64,000 bases of DNA, taken from assembly GCA_012295275.1 (NCBI GenBank), contig CM022667.1, positions 10,974,001 to 11,038,000 on the forward strand, written 5' to 3'. Both the position numbers and the translations under genes were made by a program. The notes beneath the pieces are model-generated. The model was not told the DNA's origin and searched no databases. It saw nothing but the letters and a program-made list of their open reading frames with translations. Below, one piece after another: positions 43,999 through 56,338 of this stretch (positions within the stretch are counted from its first letter, which is position 1; each line of letters opens with the position of its first letter). Origin of the DNA: Chrysomallon squamiferum (Eukaryota; Animalia; Mollusca).

Positions 43999-44553
43999 GT
44001 AAGTGGAAACTTTCTTATCACCAAGCTTGTAAGTTAAACTCTGTTATAATCAAGTTGGTAAATGTGTAATCTTTCTTATTATCAAGTTGGTAAGTGTGTA
44101 AACTTTGCTTTCATCAAGTTGGTAAGTGTGTAAACTTTGTCATGAACACGTTGGTAAGTATGTAAACTTCGCTTTCATCAAGCTGCTAAGTGTGTAAAGT
44201 TGGTTATGAAGTTGGTAATGTGTAGACGTTGTCATGATCAAGTTGGTAAGTGTTTAAATTTTGTCTTCATCAAGTTGGTAACTATGTAAACGTTGTCTTC
44301 ATCAAATTGTAAGTGTTTAAACTTTGTCACTATCAAGTTGGTAAAATAATGTAAACTTTGTTATAATCAAGTTGGTAATTATGTAAACTTTGTCTCAAAA
44401 GTTTGGTAAATATATCAGTTATTTATGAACAAGTTGGTAAGTTTACATTCATAGTCGTGAATGAGCTGGTATGATCCTATTCATGATTATAATTCGAGAA
44501 TTAATCAATATAGTGGTAAGGGTTTAAAACTAATCATTAACAAGTTGGTAAGT
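43992..44553 (+). repeat. minisatellite, about 30-32-bp unit containing the exon-2 donor (CAAGTTG|GTAAGT)
   Basis: About 18 imperfect copies. Cores start near 43992, 44022, 44051, 44083, 44115, 44147, 44179, 44208, 44239, 44271, 44303, 44334, 44368, 44398, 44430, 44463, 44511 and 44541. Confidence 0.9.
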
Positions 44554-45375
44554 GAAAAATAAAATCATGACCAGTTGTTCAAACTTTGCCACGAATACAC
44601 TGGATAAGTTTGTAACATTTTATTACGTAGAATCTAGTCAGAGTTTAAACTTACCACTGCAACATTTTGAATTACCAATACATTTCTTATCTCTTTTAAA
44701 AATACTCAGTGAAATAACATCTGTCCTAATGTCGTAATATCGCTTTTAGAAACACCTAAAAAAAATTACCTTTGACCTAACGTAGAATAAGATCCTTTAT
44801 TTTAAAGAATGAAAACAGATTTCTAAATTAAAACTTAGCGAGTTGGCGTTTGACCTAGATTCGAGTGTAACCACGTTCCAGTTAGAAATCTGGTTCATTG
44901 ATATTTCGCGTCCCATAAGAAGATGTTTCTGATCCATGATCGCTTACTTAGTGCTATAAAAGGAAGTTCAGTTTCACAGTTCCTGTGTTCGGCGAGATTG
45001 ATAATGCTGCCAGTGGAACATCTTTATTTTCGTTTCTTGGTGTGACCAATGTTTCAGTGGAAAAACTGGCAAAACAAGATAAACGTACATACATACGTCT
45101 ATAGATTCAAAAATGTATTCATGCATACATACATACATAAAAGGATTCATACATATTTACCTATCTACCTACATACATAATCAAACATACCTATTTACAT
45201 AAATTCATACGTACAAAAGTACATATATGAATAATACTTAGTTAAACCTAAATTTTGTTTTATTTTATTTTATTCTCTCTCTCACTCTATGTATCTGTCT
45301 CATTGTTTCTCTCTTTCCCTCTTTCTCTCTCTTTCTTTGTCTGTCTCTCCGTCTGTCTGTCTGACTGTCTGTCTG

Positions 45376-45442
<67 letters not shown>

Positions 45443-45961
45443 GTCTGTCTGTCTCTCTCAAATGAAATACAAGAGTAGAATAAATTATGATTGGCTTTGT
45501 TCGGTTATAAACCTGTGCGGGGGAGTACAAGGCAAACGATAAGTCATATCTGACAGAATTTGTCTTGAATCTAATTAAACGGTTTAATAAATATTTCACC
45601 ACGACCTTTCGGCTGTCCTAGAGATCAGATTCAAAGTGATGGATGAATTCTCCTTGGTTTGGAACGTTGAATATCGATAGAGTTTGAAAATTTAAGTCCC
45701 ATTCGCATACATAAATCAAAATTTGTAGAAAAAAAAAACAAAATTCCCAAGAAAATGAATATCTGTTTTTGACATTTATGAAATTTATAATACTTGTATT
45801 TTTAAGAAGAAGAATGATAATTAATTTTTTTTTAAATATTTTTTTTTTTCAGTAAACTAATATTAAAATATTTCGAAATGTTTTTAACGTAAATGTATTC
45901 ATTCGTTATAATTAGTTATATTAATTCATTCATTCACCCTTTTATTCTCTTTTTCTTTCAG

Positions 45962-46162
45962 GTGTGGAGCAATGACCTCCAAACCAGAGCTCGGCAAATC
46001 AATATATGCAAGCCCAGGTCACGAGATTCAAACGAAAGCCGAGGACGCGTCGGCTCCAATCGGCTAGCCTCGGTACTTTCCGCCTGGTATGAAGAAAATC
46101 GACATTTCTCCACGGAAATTAATAACTGTCTTCCATGGAACAACTGCAAAAAGTTCCGACGG
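45962..46162 (+). CDS. CAP-EGF-ShKT protein exon 3
   Basis: tttcag| VWSNDLQTRARQINICKP...ASVLSAWYEENRHFSTEINNCLPWNNCKKFRR|gtttgt; W...L and WY.E motifs of the CAP domain. Confidence 0.88.
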
Positions 46163-46200
46163 GTTTGTGTATTTTCGTGAATGTAGTTACCTTTGTTTGT

Positions 46201-46235
<35 letters not shown>

Positions 46236-46517
46236 TTCTATCTGATTATACAAATCCGCTTAGATGAACTTAAATAGTTGTATATGTGTTGTGTTCCTGT
46301 TTGTATGTATGCATTTGAATGTGTGCATGGCTGCAGGAATGTATGTATGAATTAATGGATATGTATTTTTATGAATGTGTTTATGTATGTGTGTGTATGT
46401 GTGTCATGTCTGAGTGTTTGTGTGTTTGTGTTTATGTGTTGTGTATGTGTCTATGAGTGTTTGTCTGAACATATCTATATACGTTTATATGTGTGTATAT
46501 ATATCTAGCTATCTATC

Positions 46518-46678
<161 letters not shown>

Positions 46679-46752
46679 GTAGACGTATTTTCCTGTTTAA
46701 GAATAAGAACAGATACGTATGTTTATTGATGTAAGTATGTTTGTGTTTGTAG

Positions 46753-46850
46753 ATGGTGAATGCTAAACAGGTATCTGTCGGCTGCTCTCTGAGATCGTGC
46801 GGACCCAGGAAGCACAGACACCGCGTCTTATCTTGTCTGTACGAGGGAGG
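46753..46850 (+). CDS. CAP-EGF-ShKT protein exon 4
   Basis: ttgtag| MVNAKQVSVGCSLRSCGPRKHRHRVLSCLYEG GG|gtaagt; VGC....C.........C.Y CAP motif. Confidence 0.88.
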
Positions 46851-47306
46851 GTAAGTGTCTGTACGGATAAGGATAAGTGTCTTGTTCTCTTGTTCTTCTC
46901 GTTTTCCTGTTTTTATTGTTCTTCTTTAACAGAGATCGTACTGATTGTTTTTTTTTTTTTTTTTTTCTCTTTTTTTGTTCATATTCTCTACGTAAATTTT
47001 TTTTTTTTTCGTGATAATCTTGTGTCATTAAAAAGGACTAGAAGTAACAGCAACTGAAGGAAGTAACAGGAAAATAAAAGTCAAAATAACCGAAAAAAAT
47101 AACACACACAGCAACAACCCAACAAAAACAAAACAGAACAACAAACACAAAACACAAAAAAAAAAAAAACACAAGAAAAAAGAAGTTAAGAAAAGAAACA
47201 AATAAACAAGAAAAGACACACACACACAATATATATATATAAACAAAAATATTTTAAGAAAAAAAAATTGTAAGTTACAATTCATTGTTTTACATCAACT
47301 TTTCAG

Positions 47307-47392
47307 GTCTGAAGATTCTTTCAACTTCCTCACTGGGTCTGTGTGTACAGGCTGCGGTGAGTCGGCGCCGTTCTGTGAGCAGGAACTGTGTG
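47307..47392 (+). CDS. CAP-EGF-ShKT protein exon 5 (CRISP hinge)
   Basis: tttcag| SEDSFNFLTGSVCTGCGESAPFCEQELC G|gtgagt; hinge pattern G..C..C.....C...LC. Confidence 0.88.
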
Positions 47393-47557
47393 GTGAGTAA
47401 ATTCACAGCTCACTTCTGACCTCTGCCATCGCCATTCTCCCTCACTGTGTTCCTTTTTACTCACTGACTCTCTCTCTCTCTGTATCTCTCTCTGTCTCTC
47501 CCTTCCTCCCTACCTACCTACAGTATCTGTCTGTCTGTCTTCTATCATTTATCTATG

Positions 47558-47673
<116 letters not shown>

Positions 47674-47912
47674 CATCTTTCTATCTATCTTTCTATCTAT
47701 CACTCTATCTATCACTCTATCAATCTATCTATCTGTCGTTGCTTTTTTCTCCTTTTTCTCTTTTTCTCCTTCATTGTCTCTCTCCCTGTTTCTGTATCAT
47801 TTATTCTTTCTCTCTTTCTCTCCCTTTGCATCGCCGCTAGTTTTAAATATAATACTGTAAACCATCAGATACGCATTTAAATTTATAACTGTCTTAATTC
47901 TTTACTTTTCAG

Positions 47913-47942
47913 TTCCTTGCAACAGGGCCACAGAATCCTGTG
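47913..47942 (+). CDS. CAP-EGF-ShKT protein exon 6 (30-nt symmetric microexon)
   Basis: cttttcag| (V)PCNRATESC G|gtaaga; phase 1-1, strong splice sites, 2 Cys. Confidence 0.72.
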
Positions 47943-49298
47943 GTAAGATACACTTATTTATTTATTTATTTACTTATTTATTTATTTACTTTCTTACTTA
48001 GTTACACACTTAGTACTCATTTATTTATTTATTTACTTATATATGTATTTATTTTTATTTCTTTACGTAGATATTTATTTCTTTATTTATTGTTAGTTTG
48101 TTTGTTTTATAATTTGTTCAACTTGTTGTGTAAAACAACTATATTAATATGGGAATGCGCGTACACGTGTATAAAACGTACATACACGTTCACAGAGAGA
48201 CATAACATTTTTGTAAAGAATTATTTAATATATTTGTGGCCGCACAAAATTGTAGAATACGAGAATATCATTGGGAGGAAAAGTCACATAAGCCTGAGTC
48301 GTTGGTTTTATCTGAAAATCTGTGTTCATCGTTTGTACGTTGTTTTCTTAAAGGGTATGACAGACTATTAGACTAATTTCGATTTTGCAACTGCAGGTTT
48401 AGAACTTTTGTTTTTCTAACTAGAATAGATAAATAATAATAATTAAAAGATATATTGTTTACTATATTTTATATCGTTCTTTAGTTTAGTTTTGTTTGTT
48501 TATAATTAAGCTCAGTTATTATTGTGATAATTGTTTACCATTTTGCTGTTTTTTTTTAACACTGTCTATTTCTGTTGTTATTTCTTTTTTCTGTTGTTCT
48601 GTTTGTTATTTGTATTTGCAATTGTTGTTATATGAACTTTAGAAAAAAAAAATTGATGCAATACATAGCAACTTTCAACTCTAAACATTTTCAAATCTCA
48701 GCAAGTCCACGACAATAAATTAATCAGTGCGGCGACTTCCTTATTCCATCGTCTGCAATCTAGCAGTCTATTACTCACGAAGCAGATGCAACTACAACGA
48801 CGTCCTCCCACGCAAACGCCGCAATCGCGACTTGGAGAAACGAGGTTCAATATAGTCTCGATAAAACGGGATCTTCTAATTAACGCTTGCTGAAAAACGC
48901 TGGCCTTTCTTTGATTCTTCGTAAATTCAACGGCGGTTTTCAAAATCACGCCATCTGGTTTTATCAACACATTTTTTTTTTTTTTTTTTTTGCGTTTTAG
49001 TGGAAAGCTTCAGTCTAGGGTTGACAATTTGGAAGAAATAGATTTGGTTAATCAATACTCCTTCATTTTGAAAAGAAAATCGATTTCGGAGAGAATGTGG
49101 CATTTCTTCAGTCCAGACGATTTGAAAGTAGATGACCGACCAAAACGAATCTTCACCAGTGTTCTTTTCTTTTTTCTTTTCTTTTTCATTATTGTTGCTA
49201 GACTGATAAAATATAGGCAGAGGTGAAAGGGATTAAGAAAGAGAAAAAATAAAAAATAAAAAATAATAATGGTAATAATATGTGTGTGTGTTTTTGTA

Positions 49299-49352
<54 letters not shown>

Positions 49353-49625
49353 ATTATTGTATAACATTACTGTCGTTCAGCTACTGCTATTATGTTAACA
49401 CAAATTTTACATACGCGCAAATATTTCCATATATGCTGGTTAAACTTTTTTCTTCTTTTTTTGTTGTTGTCATCATGATCATCATTATCATGATCATAAT
49501 CATCATCATTATCTGCTTCTTCTTACTGTCTTTATTATTATTATTGTTGTTGTTGTTGATGTTCTTGTTGTTTCTGTTATTATTATCATTATTATTATAT
49601 TATTATTATTATTATTATTATTTTG

Positions 49626-49657
<32 letters not shown>

Positions 49658-49862
49658 GCTATTATTGTTATTATTATTATTGTTATTATTGTTGTTGTTG
49701 TTGTATTTATTATTATTGTTAATATTATTATTATTATTATTTTTGTTGTTGTTATTATTATTATCATTATTATGATTATGATTATGATTATGATTATTAT
49801 TATTATTATTATTATTGTTATTATTATTATTATTATTATTATGATTATTATTATTATTACAG

Positions 49863-49964
49863 ATTGTAGAAAATCGTGCTATCGAGATGGAGTCGGAAGC
49901 GGCACACTCAATTCCACCACGTGCGTTTGCACGTGCCAGTATGGCCTCGGACCTAATTGTGACT
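49863..49964 (+). CDS. CAP-EGF-ShKT protein exon 7 (EGF-like module)
   Basis: ttacag| DCRKSCYRDGVGSGTLNSTTCVCTCQYGLGPNCD T|gtaagt. Confidence 0.88.
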
Positions 49965-50481
49965 GTAAGTTTCTGTTCATTATATCTCGTTCTAGACAGT
50001 GCACATTCTTTTGGTTTATCAAATGACGTGATATGTTTTGTTGCATTTTTGTGAAAGAGGACGTAGATATGACAAAGATAACAGCTAATTGAAGCTAATT
50101 TATTTAACAAATGCGATATTCTTTCACATACAAGTAGTTGAGCTCCTGTTGGATCGGGAAATTTCATTAAATTCATTAAATACATATTTTATAGTTTATT
50201 CAGTTTGGTTTTACTTATTAAATAATTTTTTTAATTTATTCATGTATTGTTGGATTGTTCAGTTAATTTAGTTTCTTGCTTATTTATTTATATATTTTTA
50301 GTTTATTCAATTACTAATTAATTAATCAGTTAACTAATTAATTAATTAATTCACTTTCTTGTTTATTTATTTATTTTAGTTTATTTTATTTTTAATTTTA
50401 AATTTTTTTTTATTGTTAGTTTCTTCAATTATTAATCAGCTCATTTAGTTTATTATTCATTTATTTATTTATTTATTTCAG

Positions 50482-50613
50482 TGGTGTGTAAAAACCCGAA
50501 GTTGTACGAAGACTACGACTACTGCAGCTTCGTCACAGAAAACGACTGCAACGACGACGACGAAGCTTTGAGAGAAACACTCAGAGAATACTGTCCTGAA
50601 CAGTGTGTTTGTC
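50482..50613 (+). CDS. CAP-EGF-ShKT protein exon 8 (ShKT-like module)
   Basis: tttcag| LVCKNPKLYEDYDYCSFVTENDCNDDDEALRETLREYCPEQCVC C|gtacgt; 6 Cys ending CPxxCxC. Confidence 0.86.
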
Positions 50614-50868
50614 GTACGTGAAATATCTTTCAAATTTATTTATTTAAACTCTTTAATTGTTGTTATAACAATTGGATCTGTCTGTTCATATGTGTCTCTA
50701 GAAAATCAGAACAACTATTCAAACATTTAACACAAATACATACAGAGACATATACAAATAGAGAGAGAGAGAAAAAGAGTGATATATAGATGGACTGATA
50801 GAAACAGAAAAATGAAATAAAGGTAGATAAAGAGATAGAAAGGCAAAGAGAGAGTGATATATACAAAT

Positions 50869-50960
<92 letters not shown>

Positions 50961-51949
50961 AAAGAGAGTAAGTGATAGATAATAAGTTAGGGAAAAAGAG
51001 AGATAGATAGATGGAAATAAAAGAATAAAAATATGCATACAAGCTGTATGTGATTAAACTGATAGCCAGACACAGAGAGGGACAGACTGAGAGACAAACA
51101 GACAAACAGACAACTACATGTAGAGAGGTAAGCAGGTATTCGTGTAGCAAATAGGCATGTGATTAAATGGTTAGATGACGAGAATGTTAGAGAGACAAAG
51201 CTGACAGATGTGTGAATGGATATTAATTTTAGTCTAATTTTAAAGAAACAACGTTTAAAACGCTCAGGAAAACATATTTTCTTAAACTCTATTAAAACAC
51301 TTTTAATATTTTATGATCTAAGAAACCAGCTGCGCCAACATTCTATATATATCTTTTACTTACTTTATTTATCAGTGCATCAGTATCACTTTTGACATCC
51401 TTTTACGTTTTATAGATACATTATTTTGACACAAACTTTTATTGAAATGTTCTTGTCATTTTGTTCAGACAAAAACACAGACATAAACAAAAGCAGACTG
51501 ACATAGATCTAACTATAGACAGACAATGACGTAGATGAAGAGATATAGATTCATGTAACAAACACACATAAAAACCCATTCATATAATTTTATTATGTAA
51601 ATTCCTATGGTTGTTTACAACGTAAACAGATATATCATAAAATAAACTGACACACACACACAAAACAAAAACAAGAAAAACAGAACAACATATAAATAAA
51701 CAAACAAACAAACAAAAAAAAAAAAAAAATACGTAGTAATATAAACAAAAAAGGAACAGACAAACGAAAAATGGACAGATAAAAAAACCTACAGACAAAC
51801 AACGATAACTAAACAAATATGTTATTGAAAACAAAAAAGTAATAAATTGCCAGTGAAAGAACTAAAACAAACTAAAATTATTATTCTTTTATTTTTATTT
51901 TTTTAAATATATTTTTTTTAACTTATTTATATTTTCCATTATATTTCAG

Positions 51950-51966
51950 GTCCTTTTCCCGAGTAA
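51950..51966 (+). CDS. CAP-EGF-ShKT protein exon 9 (C-terminus)
   Basis: atttcag| (R)PFPE*; total CDS 831 nt, 276 aa. If the last intron is not spliced the protein ends VCRT* instead. Confidence 0.6.
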
Positions 51967-52496
51967 TCTTCAGTAAGGACAAAATATAAAAAAAGATAAA
52001 CATTTCTTCATTTGGAAACATGACCAAGAACAACTACAAATAATACGGTCTGTCGTGAAGACGATAATAACATTTCTATCGCTGTGAAAATGGTTTTTCA
52101 GAGATGCAGTTGGAACTAAGCATTCGTTTCAAAGACTTTAGAAAATGCTTTAAAGACATTCTCAAGCGTTTGGACACATTGTAAAGAAGCTTCGAAGATT
52201 CCAAGACGTTCCGAAGTCTTTTGAATACTTTTTTTAAAGACACTTCGAAGACGTACTGAGAACTTTTGGTGACGTTGTGCTAATATTTTGGATCGGTTAA
52301 AAATTGTATGTGTTTGTGTAGGTACAGTCTTGTTCGTGCGAGCGATTTTAATACTTTGAATAAAGTTATTAATCGGAATGATTTTTGTCATGTTGTTCTA
52401 TTGCAAAAATGAAAGATTTTGAAACCACCATCACCTCAACTAACAACAACATTATTATTGAAGAAGATAATGGGGGTTGATGATAACAATAAGAAC

Positions 52497-52599
<103 letters not shown>

Positions 52600-53964
52600 T
52601 TAAACATTTTCCATCGTACATACATATGTATGTTTATTTGTATGTATGCATGTACGTACATATGTATATATATGTATGTATGTATGTATGCATGTATGAA
52701 ATATATATATATGCATCTGCACTGACATAAAGTGTTAAACAATATATTTTCAGATATGAGAAATAAACGTCTGTATACTTTTCGCAGAGCATTAACTCTG
52801 TGAACCAAATACGAACGTCAGTGTGTTGAATTTCACATTCGCAGGATACACTGACGTTAATTGACGTAATGCGATACAGACAATGACGAAAATCCACCTG
52901 AAATCTTTATTATACGTGACCCACATCTCTAACCTTAACGCACTCCTTAATGACAGCCTCTATTTTGGAAACTCACACTGGGATTAACATCACAAATCAG
53001 AGAGTTGTAAAATAGAGTTATCGATCTTGACTTCCATTTTTGAATATGCATCATTACGGCAAAATTAGAAACGACAGTTAGTTTGTTTAACGCTTTTAAT
53101 TGCCACAGCGTGATGCTTCTGCATCTGGGTTGAGTCTAATGTAGAAAAACATATTAGTGAATTTTAATGGGTTTGTTCTGTGTTTTATGTTATGCGTCAT
53201 TACTGGGTACAGTAAGGTTACAAATGTGGTACACAGTGTCAGATGAAAGGAGCAATGAACTGTATTTTGTTTTCGAACTTTGTTTTAAGATTATTTTTTT
53301 ATTGGACGTTATTTGTTTGTTATTACACTACTACGATTTCTACTATTACTACAACCACTACTACTGCTAATACTGCTACTATTACTACTACTACTACTAC
53401 TACAGTAACTACTATTTCTACTACTACTACCACCACCACCACTACTAATACTGCTACTTCTAGTAGTAGTATAAAAGTACTGCAACTACTACAACTACTA
53501 CTACTACTACCACTCCCCCTCTTCCTATTGCTACTAATATAACGATGTGGGTTTTATTTTTTCGTTTTTTTTTCGTTTTTGTAATTTGTCTTTGTTTCTT
53601 TCTTTCTTAATCTTTATTTTTTCTAAGTTGTTGATCATTTCTCTATCCATTATTTTCTTTTTCTTTTTGTTCTTTCATTAGTTTTTCTATTATATTTCAT
53701 TTATTTTTAGATTGTAATTATTATTTTTTTTCTTATTTTCTTTATTTTTCACCCGCATTACAGAATATTCCCGCAAGTAATAATTATTTCTTTAACATTT
53801 TTTTTTTATTATTTTTTTTTTTATATAATAATATAAAGAAAAAGAAACGAAGTAATATATTTTGGATTTTTGTGAGTTTATTTTTTTAATATTCTATATA
53901 GTAATGTCTTTATGCCTGAGAATAGATAAAACAAACAGTAAAATACTATGCAGAAATAAAATGG

Positions 53965-54049
<85 letters not shown>

Positions 54050-54433
54050 CAAACAGACAGAGAACCAGAGAGACAGAGAAACAAATAGAAAGATCATTAT
54101 ATGCATATAACAAGGAATAATTATTTAAGATGTAATATAATAATAATGTTTGAGGTAGACAAAAATATAAATAAAATACACATCAAATGTTTACACTGAG
54201 AGTTTGAAACCAGGTGCAGAAACTGGTAAAATGCATTGACAGTATACAACTAAATAAAGCTTTCATAAAACAAAGCTGTGTTACAAAGAGGTAATGAATA
54301 TATTCTAATAATTACTTGCCATTTAAAGTAAATGTAAACTGAACTTAAGCATTAAATAAATATGCCGATAAGTATAAATGAGAAAAAAAAACGACAATGA
54401 AATAAAATTTAAAAAGATTTAAAAAAATGAAAA

Positions 54434-54480
<47 letters not shown>

Positions 54481-54495
54481 ATAATGATGATGATG

Positions 54496-54573
<78 letters not shown>

Positions 54574-55389
54574 TCTTTCTAGTATAGCCGAAATATACGT
54601 TGGCAATATAATATTGAGGCTTCACATAATAAATACAATGATTTTGGTATTGGAACCAGAAGGGTCTAGAAACAACAATAAAAAAAACAACAACAACAAC
54701 AACACAATAATAAAATGAACATAGATCTCATAAAAAGGATATAATCTATGTTAATCAAATTATACTACACCCACTTTTAGTTTTCTAAATACTTTAATGA
54801 CCTGAATTATCTGGTATACTGTTTTATTGGGTTATCTCACGAATTTAAAAGTCCTTCAAATAATTACACCATAATATATTTATCTTAATGATGTTTATTC
54901 AAGAATATAAGAGGACTGTTTCTAAAGATAATCGGCGACCATTCTTTATTAATGATAAAGTACTGAATCGTTGTTTTGTTTTGATCTCGAAGTGTTGCAA
55001 CAAGAACTGCTGACACGTACAATCAGATTAAACAGTCAAAATTTTCTGTTTGCTAAAACAAATATAAGACTATTGAACGTTTTATCATACAGTGCAAATG
55101 TTCAAGTAATATTTCTATGCCAATTAAAAACATTCTTTAATATAAGATGCCTGAAAAACCCCACCCAAAATTTTTTTTTTTTAGGGTTTAAAATATTAAT
55201 AATGTCCTTGTTTTTTTTTATTTTGAAACAGAAAAAAAATTCTTTTCATACTGGACAAAAGGATGTTTCACTAAAAAAAAAAAAACATTAAAAAGAATAA
55301 AAATCCTTCATTTCTAGGATCAAAGAAATATAGTGCTCTAAATACAAATGATTTTCTTCCACTAGCATTTATTATAGTCTCAATGAAAA

Positions 55390-55908
55390 CTTTAGAATAT
55401 AATAAAATGTTCTTGTCTAGATTATGTTTCTGTATCTAGAACACATTGTCTTTTTATCTAAAGTAACCTTTAGAACATCATAAAAATGTCCTTGTCTAGA
55501 TTATGGTTTTCTGTGTAGAACGTAAATGTTTTTTGGACTAGAATACGATTTTGAGTCTAGAACAATAAAATGTTCTTGTCTAGAATGTTTTTTTTTCTGT
55601 CTAGAAAAATGTAACACCTTCTTGTTTAAAACATATTTCTACGTCTAAACAGTAATGACGTCATAATGTCTGGAATGCTCCTTTTTCTAGAACACAATAC
55701 GACTTTCTTGTCTGCAACGTTTCTGTTTCGAGAGGATAATAACTGCAGAATATTTCTCTTTCTAGAACATAATAACGTCTTCTTCTCTAGAACAGAATTA
55801 TGTATCTAGAAAATAATGACACTTTTCTTGTCTAGAAAAGAAAAACGCTTCGGTTTCTAGATAACTACGTATTCCTGCCTGGAACACTAGTCAGTTTCGT
55901 CTAGAATA
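55390..55908. repeat. degenerate minisatellite with TCTAGA(A) core, about 20-25-bp spacing
   Basis: About 20 exact or one-mismatch tctaga cores, immediately 3' of the cystine-knot gene stop codon. Confidence 0.8.
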
Positions 55909-55921
55909 CGTTTAAGGTAAT

Positions 55922-56338
55922 TTAGCACGGAGAACAGGAACAAGTCAATGGAATGTCCACTCTCACCCTGACGTACTTGAAACCTCGCCGACGTCGTTTG
56001 GCGCATCGGATCGACACGTGAGCCCTCCTCGACGTCAGCGCCCGACAACATCGTCGCGACGTCGTGTCACTAAGCAGAATATCACTGAGAGACAGAGAGT
56101 TCAAGCCACAGCTCCCGGAACATTCGAATGTTGGCACGATCTTCGGCAAACAGTTCCTGCGTTCGATTCTGTGCAGTGCTCGTTTACGACGACACGGTGA
56201 CAACAACGATGACGTTGAAGATGACGATGATGATGATGATGATGACGTCGTCTGAACACTGCTGCAAATAAGTGCTACGATGAACAGAATCACGAGAGTC
56301 GTTTGAGGCCACGAGGTTAACCTTGGTAACGCCGCCAT
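55922..56338 (-). CDS. bursicon-alpha-like secreted cystine-knot (CTCK) protein, 138 aa
   Basis: Signal peptide, poly-Ser, then C..H.....C.PK..P.F.C.G.C...CC.....R.A.VS..C.K.....F.....PL.C.C.PC, matching the bursicon-alpha pattern. Acceptor tttcag lies 8 nt before the ATG (exon starts at 56346). Confidence 0.85.
   Translation of the reverse strand: MAALPRLTSWPQTTLVILFIVALICSSVQTTSSSSSSSSSSTSSLLSPCRRKRALHRIERRNCLPKIVPTFECSGSCGLNSLSLSDILLSDTTSRRCCRALTSRRAHVSIRCAKRRRRGFKYVRVRVDIPLTCSCSPC

Noticed and set aside
43992-44553. CRISPR-like appearance of the periodic arrays (also 11083-11470 and 55390-55908)
   Set aside because: Spacers are related to each other, cores are short and degenerate, no cas genes are present, and the context is intron-rich eukaryotic DNA.
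48690-49230. High-complexity ORFs inside the CRISP-like gene intron (48698-48970 -, 48990-49226 +)
   Set aside because: No recognisable motifs, and they do not fit the Cys pattern or phases of the gene model.
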